Counted from the stretch's first letter, positions 34,430-43,826 are shown. The stretch is DNA of 64,000 bases from an uncultured Alphaproteobacteria bacterium (GCA_963817535.1 CAWFOW010000011.1:243473-307472); one strand, 5' to 3'. Notes: generated by a model not told the origin, from the sequence alone. Translations and numbers: made by a program.

Positions 34430-35200
34430 TCACACCGTGATTTCGTCCTTGAGCGCGTTCCAGATGTTCAGCTTCATCTCGTTGAACTCGGGCGTGACCC
34501 GCATCTCGTAGTCGCGCGGGCGCGGCAGATCGATGTCGAAAATCGTCTTGGCGCGGCCCGGCCGCTTGGTCATCACCATCACCCGGTCGGACAGATAGAT
34601 CGCCTCGTCGATCTGGTGCGTGACGAAAAGAACGGTCTTCTGTGCCGCCTGCCAGATGCGCAGCAGCTCGACCTGCATCAGATCGCGCGTCTGCGCGTCG
34701 AGCGCGGCGAACGGCTCGTCCATCAGCAGCACGTCGGGATCGGTGGCGAGCGCGCGGGCGAGACCGACGCGCTGCTTCATCCCGCCCGAAAGCTCGTGGG
34801 GATAATGGCCCTCGAATCCGGTGAGCCCGACCATTTCGATGAAGCGGGCGGACACGTCGCGCCGCGCCGCGGTCGGCACGCCCTTGAGCTGCAGCCCCAG
34901 CTCGACGTTCGACTGGACGGTGCGCCACGGCAGCAGCCCGAACTCCTGGAACACCATGGCGCGGTCGGTGCCGGGGCCGGTGATGGCGCGACCGTGCATC
35001 ATGAGATCGCCGGAGTCGGGGCGGATCAGCCCGAGGAGCACGTTGAGGAAGGTCGACTTGCCGCAGCCCGACGGGCCGACGATCGACAGGAATTCGGACT
35101 CGCGCACGTCGATGTCGAAATTCTGCAGCGCACGAACCGCGGCGCGGTTGGGCGGCCGGAAGGTCAAGTTGACGTTGCGTCCCTGTATGAATCCGTCCAT
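34430..35200 (-). CDS. ABC transporter ATP-binding protein (NitT/TauT family)
   Basis: Walker A GPSGCGKST, signature LSGGMKQR, Walker B LLMDEPF. Confidence 0.9.
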   Translation of the reverse strand: MDGFIQGRNVNLTFRPPNRAAVRALQNFDIDVRESEFLSIVGPSGCGKSTFLNVLLGLIRPDSGDLMMHGRAITGPGTDRAMVFQEFGLLPWRTVQSNVELGLQLKGVPTAARRDVSARFIEMVGLTGFEGHYPHELSGGMKQRVGLARALATDPDVLLMDEPFAALDAQTRDLMQVELLRIWQAAQKTVLFVTHQIDEAIYLSDRVMVMTKRPGRAKTIFDIDLPRPRDYEMRVTPEFNEMKLNIWNALKDEITV

Positions 35201-35487
35201 GTGCGCGATCCGCTCCCTGAACGTTGATTGTTATCGTTCTCGAATCCGCACCTCAGCGTAGCCGATAAATTGAATGACGCAAACCGCGATTCAGGGGGAA
35301 CGCATTAAGCTTCCGTTCGTGCCGAGGAGCGCCTTGGCTGCGCCGGATTCATCAGAGTTTGCGAATGTATTGTGAAAACCGGAAGCGGCATTGCCCCTCA
35401 CCCTGCCCCTCTCCCGAGGGGGGGTTATATACTTTACGTACCGTGTCCTTTCCCCCATATTCAGAGGGACAGGCAGGGAACGCCACG

Positions 35488-36435
35488 ATGATCGATCTTC
35501 AAAACCCGATTTACACGAACGAAGACAAGGCGCGCGAGCATCTTGAGGCCCTTCAGTGGCCCGATGGTCCGTTCTGCCCGCGCTGTGGTGTTATGGGCGA
35601 CCACATCACCAAGCTGGCAGGAAAATCCACTCGCCCCGGTGTTTACAAGTGCAAGGATTGCCGCAAGCCCTTCACCGTGACAGTGGGCACGTTGTTCGAA
35701 CGCTCACACATTCCGTTGACCAAGTGGCTTCTGGCGACCGATCTTCTGTGCGCGTCCAAGAAGGGCATGAGCGCCCATCAGATGCACCGCATGTTGGGCG
35801 TGACGTACAAGACGGCGTGGTTCATGGCGCATCGCATCCGTGAGGCAATGCGCGAGATTTACCCGGAACCGTTGGGCGGCACTGGCAAGTGGGTTGAGGC
35901 GGACGAAACCGCCATCGGCGGCAGGGAACGTAATAAGCATCTCAGCAAGCGCAACCCGAAGAACATCGGCATGTCAGGCGGCAAGGAAATCGCCTTCTCG
36001 CTGGTCGAGCGCGGCGGCAAGGTCCGCTCGCATCATGTGCCCAACGTGAACGCCAAGACCCTGCGCCCCATCCTGGTTGCCCAGGTTGACCGCAAATCCA
36101 CGCTAATGACCGACGAAGCGGGCCAGTACCGCGTTGTCGGCCCCGAGTTCGCGGACCATCAGAAGGTCAATCACGGCATCGAGGAATATGTGCGAGGCGA
36201 GGCCTACACGAACACCATCGAGGGCTGTTTCTCGATCCTCAAGCGCGGGATCAACGGAACGTACCACCATGTCTCGCAACAGCACCTAAAGCGTTACCTC
36301 GGCGAATTTGATTTTCGATACAACGAGCGCGCCAAGCTTGGCGTGACCGATAGCGAGCGTACAATCAAAGCCCTCAAGGGCATTCAGGGTAAGCGCCTCA
36401 CTTATCGGCGGACTAACGAAGCCCCGAACGCCTAG
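35488..36435 (+). CDS. IS1595 family transposase
   Basis: N-terminal zinc ribbon CPRCG...CKDCRKPF followed by a DDE region. Start ATG verified at 35488. A GCGCAtttcATGCGC hairpin lies just after the stop. Confidence 0.8.
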   Translation: MIDLQNPIYTNEDKAREHLEALQWPDGPFCPRCGVMGDHITKLAGKSTRPGVYKCKDCRKPFTVTVGTLFERSHIPLTKWLLATDLLCASKKGMSAHQMHRMLGVTYKTAWFMAHRIREAMREIYPEPLGGTGKWVEADETAIGGRERNKHLSKRNPKNIGMSGGKEIAFSLVERGGKVRSHHVPNVNAKTLRPILVAQVDRKSTLMTDEAGQYRVVGPEFADHQKVNHGIEEYVRGEAYTNTIEGCFSILKRGINGTYHHVSQQHLKRYLGEFDFRYNERAKLGVTDSERTIKALKGIQGKRLTYRRTNEAPNA

Positions 36436-36477
36436 GCAGAAGGCCGCGCATTTCATGCGCTGGCGCAAGAGGCAGAA

Positions 36478-36735
36478 ATGAGCGATCCAGAGGTTTGGGC
36501 GAAATATGACGCGCTCGGCGAAGATGGAGTGCGTCTGCGCATAGCCCAAAAGGCGTACAATGGACACAACTTACAACTTGCTCAAGAATGGCTTCGGCGA
36601 CGTGAGGACAAACGATCTTCGCGATCAGACAGGCGAAAGGATACGAGGGATAATATAGCCGCTATCGCGGCAATCGTTGCCGCCGTGGCCGCGACGATTG
36701 GCGCTATCGCTTCGATGGTCATGCTTTTTTTCTAG
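36478..36735 (+). CDS. small tail-anchored membrane protein (passenger gene 1)
   Basis: 85 aa: soluble N-terminus, Arg/Lys/Asp-rich linker (RRREDKRSSRSDRRKDTRDN), single C-terminal TM helix (IAAIAAIVAAVAATIGAIASMVMLFF). AAGAGG RBS. Confidence 0.4.
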   Translation: MSDPEVWAKYDALGEDGVRLRIAQKAYNGHNLQLAQEWLRRREDKRSSRSDRRKDTRDNIAAIAAIVAAVAATIGAIASMVMLFF

Positions 36736-36854
36736 TGGCCTTTCCCGCTTTCTTAAAAGAATGCGGCTTCGGTGGTGTTTTCAGCATCCGCTTTAGCACC
36801 GCGTCACGTTTAGCCGGATTAGAATCCGGCCCCTGATCTTGGGGAGGCTTCGAT

Positions 36855-37472
36855 ATGCCTGATTTTGAGGCTCTTGAGCCCATTATGCGATCCTATGCCC
36901 TGGTTGGTTGTTTTTTACGCGGTTGGGCATTGCTTGAAGGGAATATAAAACAAGCCATCGGAAAGTCTCTGGGGCTGGGGACGGTCCAGTTGGCCATCGT
37001 TGCATCTAATATGCAATTTAGGGATAAGATCAATACATTGCGCACGGCCGTTGATATTTCCCGAATCCAACCGGATGAAAGAAAAAAGCATTTCAAAGCC
37101 GTATTACAGGATATAGCCGATTACTCCCATAACCGAAACATGATGGCGCATGACGTATTCGGGCCATCCCCAGATGGCGGCGTTGATTTTCTCGTCATTA
37201 AGGCGCGCGGGAGCCTTCAAGTTCCCGATACCGTCTGGCGCGTACAAGACTTCATCGAAGCATACCGAAAAATTGCTGATTGGACGGCCGAAGTAGACAG
37301 TCTGGCCGATGAGTTAGACACAGCGGCCCTAGTTAACGCCTTGATGCAACAAATGAGCCAGCCAACCACTCCCGAACCCGGCGGGTTAGGTCTTCTAGGT
37401 CTCCTGTTCCACCCGCCTCAAGACGCTCCCGATTCCAGCCATCATCCAGTCACTCCAGAAACAGAGTCTTGA
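36855..37472 (+). CDS. HEPN-like domain protein with Rx4H motif (passenger gene 2)
   Basis: 205 aa. YSHNRNMMAHDVF contains R-x4-H; the region is predicted helical. GGGAGG RBS 8 nt upstream of the ATG at 36855. Low-GC coding sequence. Confidence 0.4.
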   Translation: MPDFEALEPIMRSYALVGCFLRGWALLEGNIKQAIGKSLGLGTVQLAIVASNMQFRDKINTLRTAVDISRIQPDERKKHFKAVLQDIADYSHNRNMMAHDVFGPSPDGGVDFLVIKARGSLQVPDTVWRVQDFIEAYRKIADWTAEVDSLADELDTAALVNALMQQMSQPTTPEPGGLGLLGLLFHPPQDAPDSSHHPVTPETES

Positions 37473-37656
37473 ACGCCTCCATATCTCGCCCGAGGGCCGG
37501 GGCGGCCTGCCCCGGATTAGATAGGGAGCGATTATGGTACGCCAAGTGTATAATCCCCTCCTTGGGAGAGGGACAGGTGAGGGGGCAGACCTCGAAAGTT
37601 TCACAAGCTCTCAGGACGAACGGCGATCGGGCCAATGCGATCGCCCCGAGCCGCGA

Positions 37657-38811
37657 TTACCGCACCTTGGGCAGCCAGTTCGCCAGCCGGTCGATCGCGG
37701 CTTCGATGTCGGCGGTGGCTCCGGCGAAGGAAATGCGCAGATAGGCCCGGCCGCGCCCCTGGTCGAAATCGATGCCAGGCGTCGTTGCGATGCCGGTCTC
37801 GGCCAGCATGCGGGCGCAGAACGCCTCGGAGTCGTTGGTCAGCGCTGCGACGTCGGCATAGAGGTAGAAGGCGCCGTCGGCCGGCGCCATGCGGTCCATC
37901 CCGGCGCGCGGCAGGCCCTCGAGCAGCAGCGCGCGGTTCGCGGCGTAGCGCGCGACGTTCGCCTCGAGCTCCGTGGTGCAGTCGAACGCCGCCTCGGCCG
38001 CGATCTGGGCCAGGGTCGGCGGCGAGATGTAGATGTTCTGGGCCAGGCACTCGACCGACCGGGCGAGGTCCGGCGGGCACACCATCCAGCCGATCCGCCA
38101 GCCGGTCATCGAGAAATATTTCGAGAACGAGTTGACCACCAGCGCGTCGGGGTCGTTCGCGAGCGCCGTGGGCGCGGGGCGGCCGAACGTGATCCCGTGA
38201 TAGATCTCGTCCGAGACGAGCCGCACGCCGTTCGCCTTGCACCATGCGATGATGCCGGCGAACTCGCGGTCCTCGATCATCGTGCCGGCCGGGTTCGAGG
38301 GGCTGGCGACGATCAGCCCGTCGAGCTTCCCGGCCTTCTCAAGGAGCTCGACCGTCGGCTGGAAGCGTTCCGCCGGGCCGGCGGGCAGTCCCACCGGTTC
38401 GATTCCCAGGGCGAGCAGGATGTTGCGATAGCCGGGATAGGACGGGTCGGCGAGCGCCACCCGGTCGCCCGCGTCGAACGCCGCGAGGAAGGCGAGAACG
38501 AAGCCCCCCGATGAACCGGTTGTGACGATGATGCGGGCGGGATCGAGGCTGATGCCGTAAGCGTGCCGGTAATGGGTTGCGATGCGGTGCCGGAGGCTGG
38601 CACGACCGAGCGCTTCGGTGTAGCCGAGCGGCTCCGACTCGAGGGCGCGGCGCGCGGCGGCGACCACGCCCTGCGGCGTGCCCGAGCCCGGCTCGCCCAT
38701 CTCGAGATGCAGGATATGCTCGCCCGCCGCCTGGCGTGCATTGGCGGCGCGCATGACGTCCATCACGATGAAGGGCGGGATGCGGCCCCGCCGCGCGACC
38801 TTGAGCGTCAT
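37657..38811 (-). CDS. pyridoxal-phosphate-dependent aminotransferase (class I/II)
   Basis: MTLKVARRGRIPPFIVMDVMRAANARQAAGEHILHLEMGEPG...SFSKYFSMTGWRIGW (PLP-Lys motif). The ATG at 38811 lies 2 nt after the ggt stop. The track's 636-aa ORF is an Arg-rich over-extension. Confidence 0.85.
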   Translation of the reverse strand: MTLKVARRGRIPPFIVMDVMRAANARQAAGEHILHLEMGEPGSGTPQGVVAAARRALESEPLGYTEALGRASLRHRIATHYRHAYGISLDPARIIVTTGSSGGFVLAFLAAFDAGDRVALADPSYPGYRNILLALGIEPVGLPAGPAERFQPTVELLEKAGKLDGLIVASPSNPAGTMIEDREFAGIIAWCKANGVRLVSDEIYHGITFGRPAPTALANDPDALVVNSFSKYFSMTGWRIGWMVCPPDLARSVECLAQNIYISPPTLAQIAAEAAFDCTTELEANVARYAANRALLLEGLPRAGMDRMAPADGAFYLYADVAALTNDSEAFCARMLAETGIATTPGIDFDQGRGRAYLRISFAGATADIEAAIDRLANWLPKVR

Positions 38812-38813
38812 GT

Positions 38814-40445
38814 TCAGCGGTCCGGCTCGGCGCCGGCGGCGAGTCCGTGGCCGCGCCGGTCGGTCGCGAGCGCGCAGCTTTCGGGATCGCGCTTGATCCC
38901 GTCGCTGCAATACATCGCGTTGGTGCGGGCGAGCGCCCGGACGCGGCCGACGCGGTGGCCGTGGGCGGCGAGGTCGTGCGCCAGCGCCTCGTCGGCGCTT
39001 TCGACCAGCACGGCGTCGAGCCCCGGCACGGCATCGAGCCGCGGCGCGGCGATGGCGTCGGCGAGCGGGGTCTTGCCCTGGATCACCTGCAACATGATGC
39101 CGGCGAGCGCGCCCGGCGCTGCCGGATCGCCCGCGGCAGACATGGCGGCGAACGTCTGCTTCGAGCTTTCGTTGACGATCACCATCGGCGCGAGCGCCAG
39201 CGCGGTGCCCGGTCCCGGCACCGAGGCCGCGACGATGCCCGTCCCGGCCACGATTTTGCCGGTGCCGAACAGCCGCCCGGCGGTGAAGGCGCAGGCCACT
39301 GCGCCGCCATCGCGGTCCACGGCGATGATCCCGGTCGACCGGCCCTGGTCGTCGGGCGCGACGGTGGTCCGGCCGGCGGACGCGCGGTGGGCGGTTGGAT
39401 CGAAGCCGGCCATCACGCGGTCGACCCACGCCGAAGTGATGCGGTCCTTGTCGTCGAGCGCGGGCGGGCCGGCGGCGACGATCCGTGCCATCGCCTCGGC
39501 CAGCAAATGGGGGCGCTCGGCCGGCGCGGCGTCCTCCCACCGGCCACTGGCGCCGAGCACGGCCCACAGCGAAGCGGCAACCTGGCTGCCCATGGCGGGC
39601 GCGCCGGCGAAATGGCCCGTGTGGTCGCCGACGGGAACCTTGATGGTCGGGTGCCAGGCCGGCTTGTAGTCGCGAATATCTTCCACGGTCATCTTGCCGC
39701 CGATCGCCTCGACGCCGGCGACATAGTTATGCGCACCCTGGCCCGAATAGATCGCCGCTGGGCCGTCGGTGCGAATCCGCCCCAGCGTAACCGCGAGGTC
39801 GAGCTGGACCAGCGAGGCACCCTCGACGAGCGGCTTGCCATCCTTGTCGCGGAAGGGGGTTTGCCCCGACGGACCGGGCTCGCTCTCGGGCGCCGCGGCG
39901 GCGAGGTCGGGGGCGAAGGCGCGGCTGACCGTCGCGCCGAACCGGGCGAGCTTCTCGCCCGGAAACACGAGCTGTTCCCAGCGCAGCCGGCCGTAGCGGG
40001 CCTGAAGCGCGAACAGCCCGCGCACCATGCCGGGCACAGCGACGTCCGCTGTCCCCGAGGGCACATGGCCGGCGGGGGCGCGCGGCACGAAGTCGAGCAT
40101 CTCGGTCTCGAACGGCTTCGGGGCGTGGACCACGCATACGCCGCCGCCGCCCAGGCTCGCCCGCGACGGCATGGTCGCCGCCGCGGTGAAGGCGTAGGCC
40201 GTCGCCGCGTCGGCTGCCGTGCCCCCCGCCGACAGGACCTGGCGGGCCACCAGCACGGCATTGGGCTCGTCGCCGGCCACCCCGCCGAAGAAGCCGCTGA
40301 CATGGCCCTCGATCCCGACAGGTGGGGCCTCGGACCCGCAACCGGCCAGGAACGCCGCCCCGAGCAGCGCCAAAGCCGGCCATTGACGGGTCCGGCGGGG
40401 CCGCTTACCTAGGGTGGGCGGATACGGAGATCCCGCCTTGCGCAA
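38814..40445 (-). CDS. ggt: gamma-glutamyltransferase family protein (lipoprotein)
   Basis: GGT family body (...TAHRASAGRTTV..., T-nucleophile region). Lipobox LAGC. The start is uncertain (possible TTG at 40445). The in-frame ATG at 40568 and the track start 40595 would add a long leader before the signal peptide. Confidence 0.75.
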   Translation of the reverse strand: MRKAGSPYPPTLGKRPRRTRQWPALALLGAAFLAGCGSEAPPVGIEGHVSGFFGGVAGDEPNAVLVARQVLSAGGTAADAATAYAFTAAATMPSRASLGGGGVCVVHAPKPFETEMLDFVPRAPAGHVPSGTADVAVPGMVRGLFALQARYGRLRWEQLVFPGEKLARFGATVSRAFAPDLAAAAPESEPGPSGQTPFRDKDGKPLVEGASLVQLDLAVTLGRIRTDGPAAIYSGQGAHNYVAGVEAIGGKMTVEDIRDYKPAWHPTIKVPVGDHTGHFAGAPAMGSQVAASLWAVLGASGRWEDAAPAERPHLLAEAMARIVAAGPPALDDKDRITSAWVDRVMAGFDPTAHRASAGRTTVAPDDQGRSTGIIAVDRDGGAVACAFTAGRLFGTGKIVAGTGIVAASVPGPGTALALAPMVIVNESSKQTFAAMSAAGDPAAPGALAGIMLQVIQGKTPLADAIAAPRLDAVPGLDAVLVESADEALAHDLAAHGHRVGRVRALARTNAMYCSDGIKRDPESCALATDRRGHGLAAGAEPDR

Positions 40446-41841
40446 GCTTCCGCTCTTTCGGTGTGCCGCGGCCTTCGCGGCGCTCGTGCTTTCCTTCGTC
40501 GCGGCGGCCACCCCGGCCGCCGCCGAAGGGATGGGGCTGATCCGCGACGCAGAAATCGAAAATACCATCCGCACGTTCGTCACGCCCCTGTTCAACGCGG
40601 CCGGGCTCGATCCCGACGCGGTGAAGGTCTACATCATCGATCAAAACGTGCTCAACTCGTTCGTGACCGGTGGGCAGAACATCTTCATCACGACGGGTCT
40701 GCTGATGCGTGCCGAATCCGCCGGCCAAGTGATCGGCGTGGTAGCACACGAGACCGGCCATATCGAGCACGGCGACCTGGCACGCACGGCGAGCGAGCTG
40801 GCCGGTGCCCAGAACGAGGCCCTGGCGGCGCAGATTCTGGGCATCCTGCTGGCGGTCGCGACCGGCAATGCCGGTGCGGCGGTCGCCGGTGCGGCGGGCG
40901 GCGCGCAGCTCGCCGAGCGCTCGTTCCTGCGCTATTCGCGCGGCCAGGAAACGGCGGCCGACCAGGCGGCGGTGCGACTGTTGGACGCGACCCACCAGTC
41001 GTCGAAAGGGCTGCTGAACTTCTTCAGGATCCTCGAGAACGAGTCGCTGCTCGCCGGCGCGCGGATCGATCCGTATCTGCAGACCCACCCGCTCACCCCG
41101 GAACGCATCGACTTCGTGCAGAACTGGGTACAGCACTCGAAATACACGAACACGCCGGTGAAGCCCGAGTTCGAGCGGGAATTCGACACGATGCGCGCCA
41201 AGCTGATCGGCTTCATCCAGCCGCTCGGCCAGGTGTTGCGTACCTATCCAGACAAGGACCTTTCGCTGCCGGCACGCTATGCCCGCGCCATCGCCTATTA
41301 CCGGGCCGGCGATCTCGGCACCGCGCTCCCTCTGGTCGACCGGCTGATCGCCGAACAGCCGGACAACCCCTATTTCCATGAACTCAAGGGCCAGGCGCTG
41401 TTCGAACATGGAAGGCTGGCGGAGGCGCGCACCGAGTACGAGGAGATGGTGCGCCTGGCGCCGCACGAACCGCTGCTGCGCACCGAGCTCGCCCATGTGC
41501 TGATCGAGTTGGGAGACCAGGCCAACAACAAGGCGGCGCTCGCCAACCTGACCGCCGCGTTGCAGTCGGACAGCACGAACGCCCAGTCCTGGCAGCTGGC
41601 GGCAACGGCGTATGGGCGCGACGGCCAGCTCGGCATGTCGGCCCTGTCGAATGCCGAGTACAATCTTCTGATCGGGCGCAAGGGCGATGCGCGGGGCCAG
41701 GCGGCGCGGGCGGCGCGCATGCTGCCGCGCGGCTCGCCGGGCTGGCTGCGCGCGCAGGACATCGAGAACACGATCCGTGCGAACAGCGACGATGACCGCG
41801 ACGGCCACCGTCCGGGTGGATTCCGCTTCCAGGCGCGGTAG
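40438..41841 (+). CDS. M48 family metallopeptidase with C-terminal TPR repeats (BepA-like)
   Basis: HETGHIEH zinc motif, signal peptide MRKLPLFRCAAAFAALVLSFVAAATPAAA, TPR repeats in the C-terminal half. The track start 40414 is a GTG. An in-frame TTG at 40438 has GGAG 8 nt upstream. Confidence 0.8.
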   Translation: MRKLPLFRCAAAFAALVLSFVAAATPAAAEGMGLIRDAEIENTIRTFVTPLFNAAGLDPDAVKVYIIDQNVLNSFVTGGQNIFITTGLLMRAESAGQVIGVVAHETGHIEHGDLARTASELAGAQNEALAAQILGILLAVATGNAGAAVAGAAGGAQLAERSFLRYSRGQETAADQAAVRLLDATHQSSKGLLNFFRILENESLLAGARIDPYLQTHPLTPERIDFVQNWVQHSKYTNTPVKPEFEREFDTMRAKLIGFIQPLGQVLRTYPDKDLSLPARYARAIAYYRAGDLGTALPLVDRLIAEQPDNPYFHELKGQALFEHGRLAEARTEYEEMVRLAPHEPLLRTELAHVLIELGDQANNKAALANLTAALQSDSTNAQSWQLAATAYGRDGQLGMSALSNAEYNLLIGRKGDARGQAARAARMLPRGSPGWLRAQDIENTIRANSDDDRDGHRPGGFRFQAR

Positions 41842-41865
41842 GGCGAGACCGCCCGCTGTTTCCCG

Positions 41866-42516
41866 CTATTTTATGAAGGCGGCCTCGGGCTGGCGCGCCG
41901 GCTGCGCGTCGGCGAAGGCGTCGAGCTTCATGCATGCGTCGAACACGCCCATCAACCGCGGATAGGGATCGAGCGGGCATTCGTAGCGCTGGGCGTTGAA
42001 CACCTGCGGCACCAGGCAGATGTCGGCGAGGCCCGGCGCATCGCCGTGGCAGAACGTGCCGGTCGCCTTGTCGCTCGCCAGGAACGACTCGAGCGCCTCG
42101 AACCCCAGCCTGATCCAGTGGTGGTACCAGGCATTCACCTTGGCGTCGTCGGCGCCCAGATTGGCGCGCATATAGGCCAGCACCGCGGCGTTGTTCAGCG
42201 GATGGATGTCGCAGGCGACGAGCTGGGCGAGGCCACGTACCCGCGCGCGCGCCTTCGCGTCCTTGGGCAGGAAGGGCGGGTTCGGGTGCGTCTCGTCGAG
42301 ATACTCGATGATGGCGAGCGACTGGATCAGCACCGTCCCGTCGTCGAGCTCGAGCGCGGGCACGCGCCCCTGCGGGTTGACGCCCAGGTACTCCGCGCCG
42401 GCCTGTTCGCGCTTTGCGAAGTTGACCAGCACCGGCTCGACGTTCAGGCCCTTCAGGTTCAGCGCGATGCGCAGCCGGAACGCCGCCGAGGACCGGAAAA
42501 ACCCGTAATGCTTCAT
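41866..42516 (-). CDS. maiA: maleylacetoacetate isomerase (zeta-class GST)
   Basis: MKHYGFFRSSAAFRLRIALNLKG... is the canonical MaiA N-terminus. Confidence 0.8.
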   Translation of the reverse strand: MKHYGFFRSSAAFRLRIALNLKGLNVEPVLVNFAKREQAGAEYLGVNPQGRVPALELDDGTVLIQSLAIIEYLDETHPNPPFLPKDAKARARVRGLAQLVACDIHPLNNAAVLAYMRANLGADDAKVNAWYHHWIRLGFEALESFLASDKATGTFCHGDAPGLADICLVPQVFNAQRYECPLDPYPRLMGVFDACMKLDAFADAQPARQPEAAFIK

Positions 42517-42567
42517 CGCTGCCTCCCTTGCTTTGCCGGGGGCGGCGAGACTAGCAGCGGGGCTCGG

Positions 42568-43701
42568 TCAGATATAGTGCTCGCGCAGCGGCGGGAAGCC
42601 GTTGAAGCCCACCGAGCAGTAGCTCGCCGTATAAGCGCCGGTCGCATGGATCTCGATCTTGTCGCCGGCGGCGAGGTCGAGCGGCATCTCGTAGCCCGCC
42701 TTGTCGTACAGCACATCCACCTCGTCGCAGGTGGGCCCGGCGAGGATCACCGGTCCCGTCGGATGGCCGTCCTTCGGCGTGGTGATGCGGTATTGGATCG
42801 CCTCGCCCATGGTTTCCGGCAGTCCACCGAACTTGCCGATGTCGAGATACACCCAGCGGCGCGCGGAGTCGTAGGACTTGCGCGAGACCAGCACGACCTC
42901 GGCCTGGATCAGTCCCGCGTCGCCCACGAGGCCACGGCCCGGCTCCAGCACGATGCGGGGCAGGCGGTTGCCGAAATGGCGCGTCATGGCGTTCATGATC
43001 GCGCTCGCGTAGGCGTCGAGCGGCGGCACGTCGGCGCGGTAGCGTGCCGGGAACCCGCCGCCCAGATTGATCATGCGCAGCTCGATGCCGCGCGCTGCGA
43101 GGTCGGAGAACAGCAGGGCCGTCTTGCCGATGGCGAGATCCCACTGGGCCGGGTCGCGCTGCTGCGAGCCGACATGGAACGACACGCCGTACGGGTCGAG
43201 GCCGCGGCCACGCGCGGCGACGAGCAGGTTGGCAGCCATCGCCATGTCGCAGCCGAACTTCTCCGACAGCGGCCAGTCGGCGCTTGCGCTGCCATCGATC
43301 AGCACGCGGCAGAACACCGAGGCGCCGGGCGCGGCGCGGGCAAGCTTGTCGAGCTCCTCGGCCGAGTCGAAGGCGAAGATGCGCACGCCCTGCGCGAACG
43401 CGCGGGCGATGTCCGTCTCCTTCTTGACCGTGTGCCCGAAGGACAGCTTGTCGGGCGTCGCGCCGCAGGCGAGGCAGCTCTCGATCTCGTAGATCGAGGC
43501 GGCGTCGAGGCTCGCGCCGAGCGGGATCAGGCGGCGCAGGATCTGCGGCGCCGGGTTGGCCTTCACGGCGTAAAAGATGCGCGCGAGCGGCAGCGTTTCA
43601 GAGAGCGCGCGGTAATTCGCCTCGATCGCCTCCAGGTCTACGACCAAGCAGGGGGTCGGCGGGCGCTCGCGGTCGAGGAATTCGCGGATCCTCGCGGTCA
43701 T
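42568..43701 (-). CDS. type III PLP-dependent decarboxylase (ornithine/lysine decarboxylase-like)
   Basis: 377 aa with alanine-racemase-like TIM barrel (FYAVKAN...) and C-terminal beta domain. Confidence 0.8.
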   Translation of the reverse strand: MTARIREFLDRERPPTPCLVVDLEAIEANYRALSETLPLARIFYAVKANPAPQILRRLIPLGASLDAASIYEIESCLACGATPDKLSFGHTVKKETDIARAFAQGVRIFAFDSAEELDKLARAAPGASVFCRVLIDGSASADWPLSEKFGCDMAMAANLLVAARGRGLDPYGVSFHVGSQQRDPAQWDLAIGKTALLFSDLAARGIELRMINLGGGFPARYRADVPPLDAYASAIMNAMTRHFGNRLPRIVLEPGRGLVGDAGLIQAEVVLVSRKSYDSARRWVYLDIGKFGGLPETMGEAIQYRITTPKDGHPTGPVILAGPTCDEVDVLYDKAGYEMPLDLAAGDKIEIHATGAYTASYCSVGFNGFPPLREHYI

Positions 43702-43826
43702 CGGCGGTACTCCAGCCAGTCTTAACCAGAACCGCCGCCTAACGGCCGAGGGCCGGATGCGGACAGCAGAAGGCGCGCGTTATACGCCGAATTCCCGGCG
43801 TGTAAACACCTTTCGGGACCGTCGGA

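Larger units (their letters stand above)
35370..37606 (+). mobile_element. IS1595-family insertion element carrying passenger genes
   Basis: Imperfect ~80-bp terminal inverted repeats. Left 35370..35450: ttgtgaaaacc...gcccctcaccctgcccctctcccgagggggggttatatactttacgtacc. Right 37536..37606 is its reverse complement (~80% identity): ggtacgccaagtgtataatcccctccttgggagagggacaggtgagggggc...gtttcacaa. Internal transposase plus ~1 kb low-GC (~50%) cargo. No clear target-site duplication. Confidence 0.6.

Noticed and set aside
35201-35369. IS insertion disrupting the ABC importer operon
   Set aside because: The IS left end lies ~170 bp upstream of the ATPase start codon and the operon ORFs are intact. 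At most the native promoter is displaced, and this cannot be judged from sequence alone.
37657-39567. 636-aa minus-strand ORF in the track spanning the aminotransferase and extending through the ggt gene
   Set aside because: The N-terminal ~250 aa are Arg/Ala-rich nonsense read in an alternative frame over ggt. The real aminotransferase starts at the ATG at 38811, 2 nt after the ggt stop.
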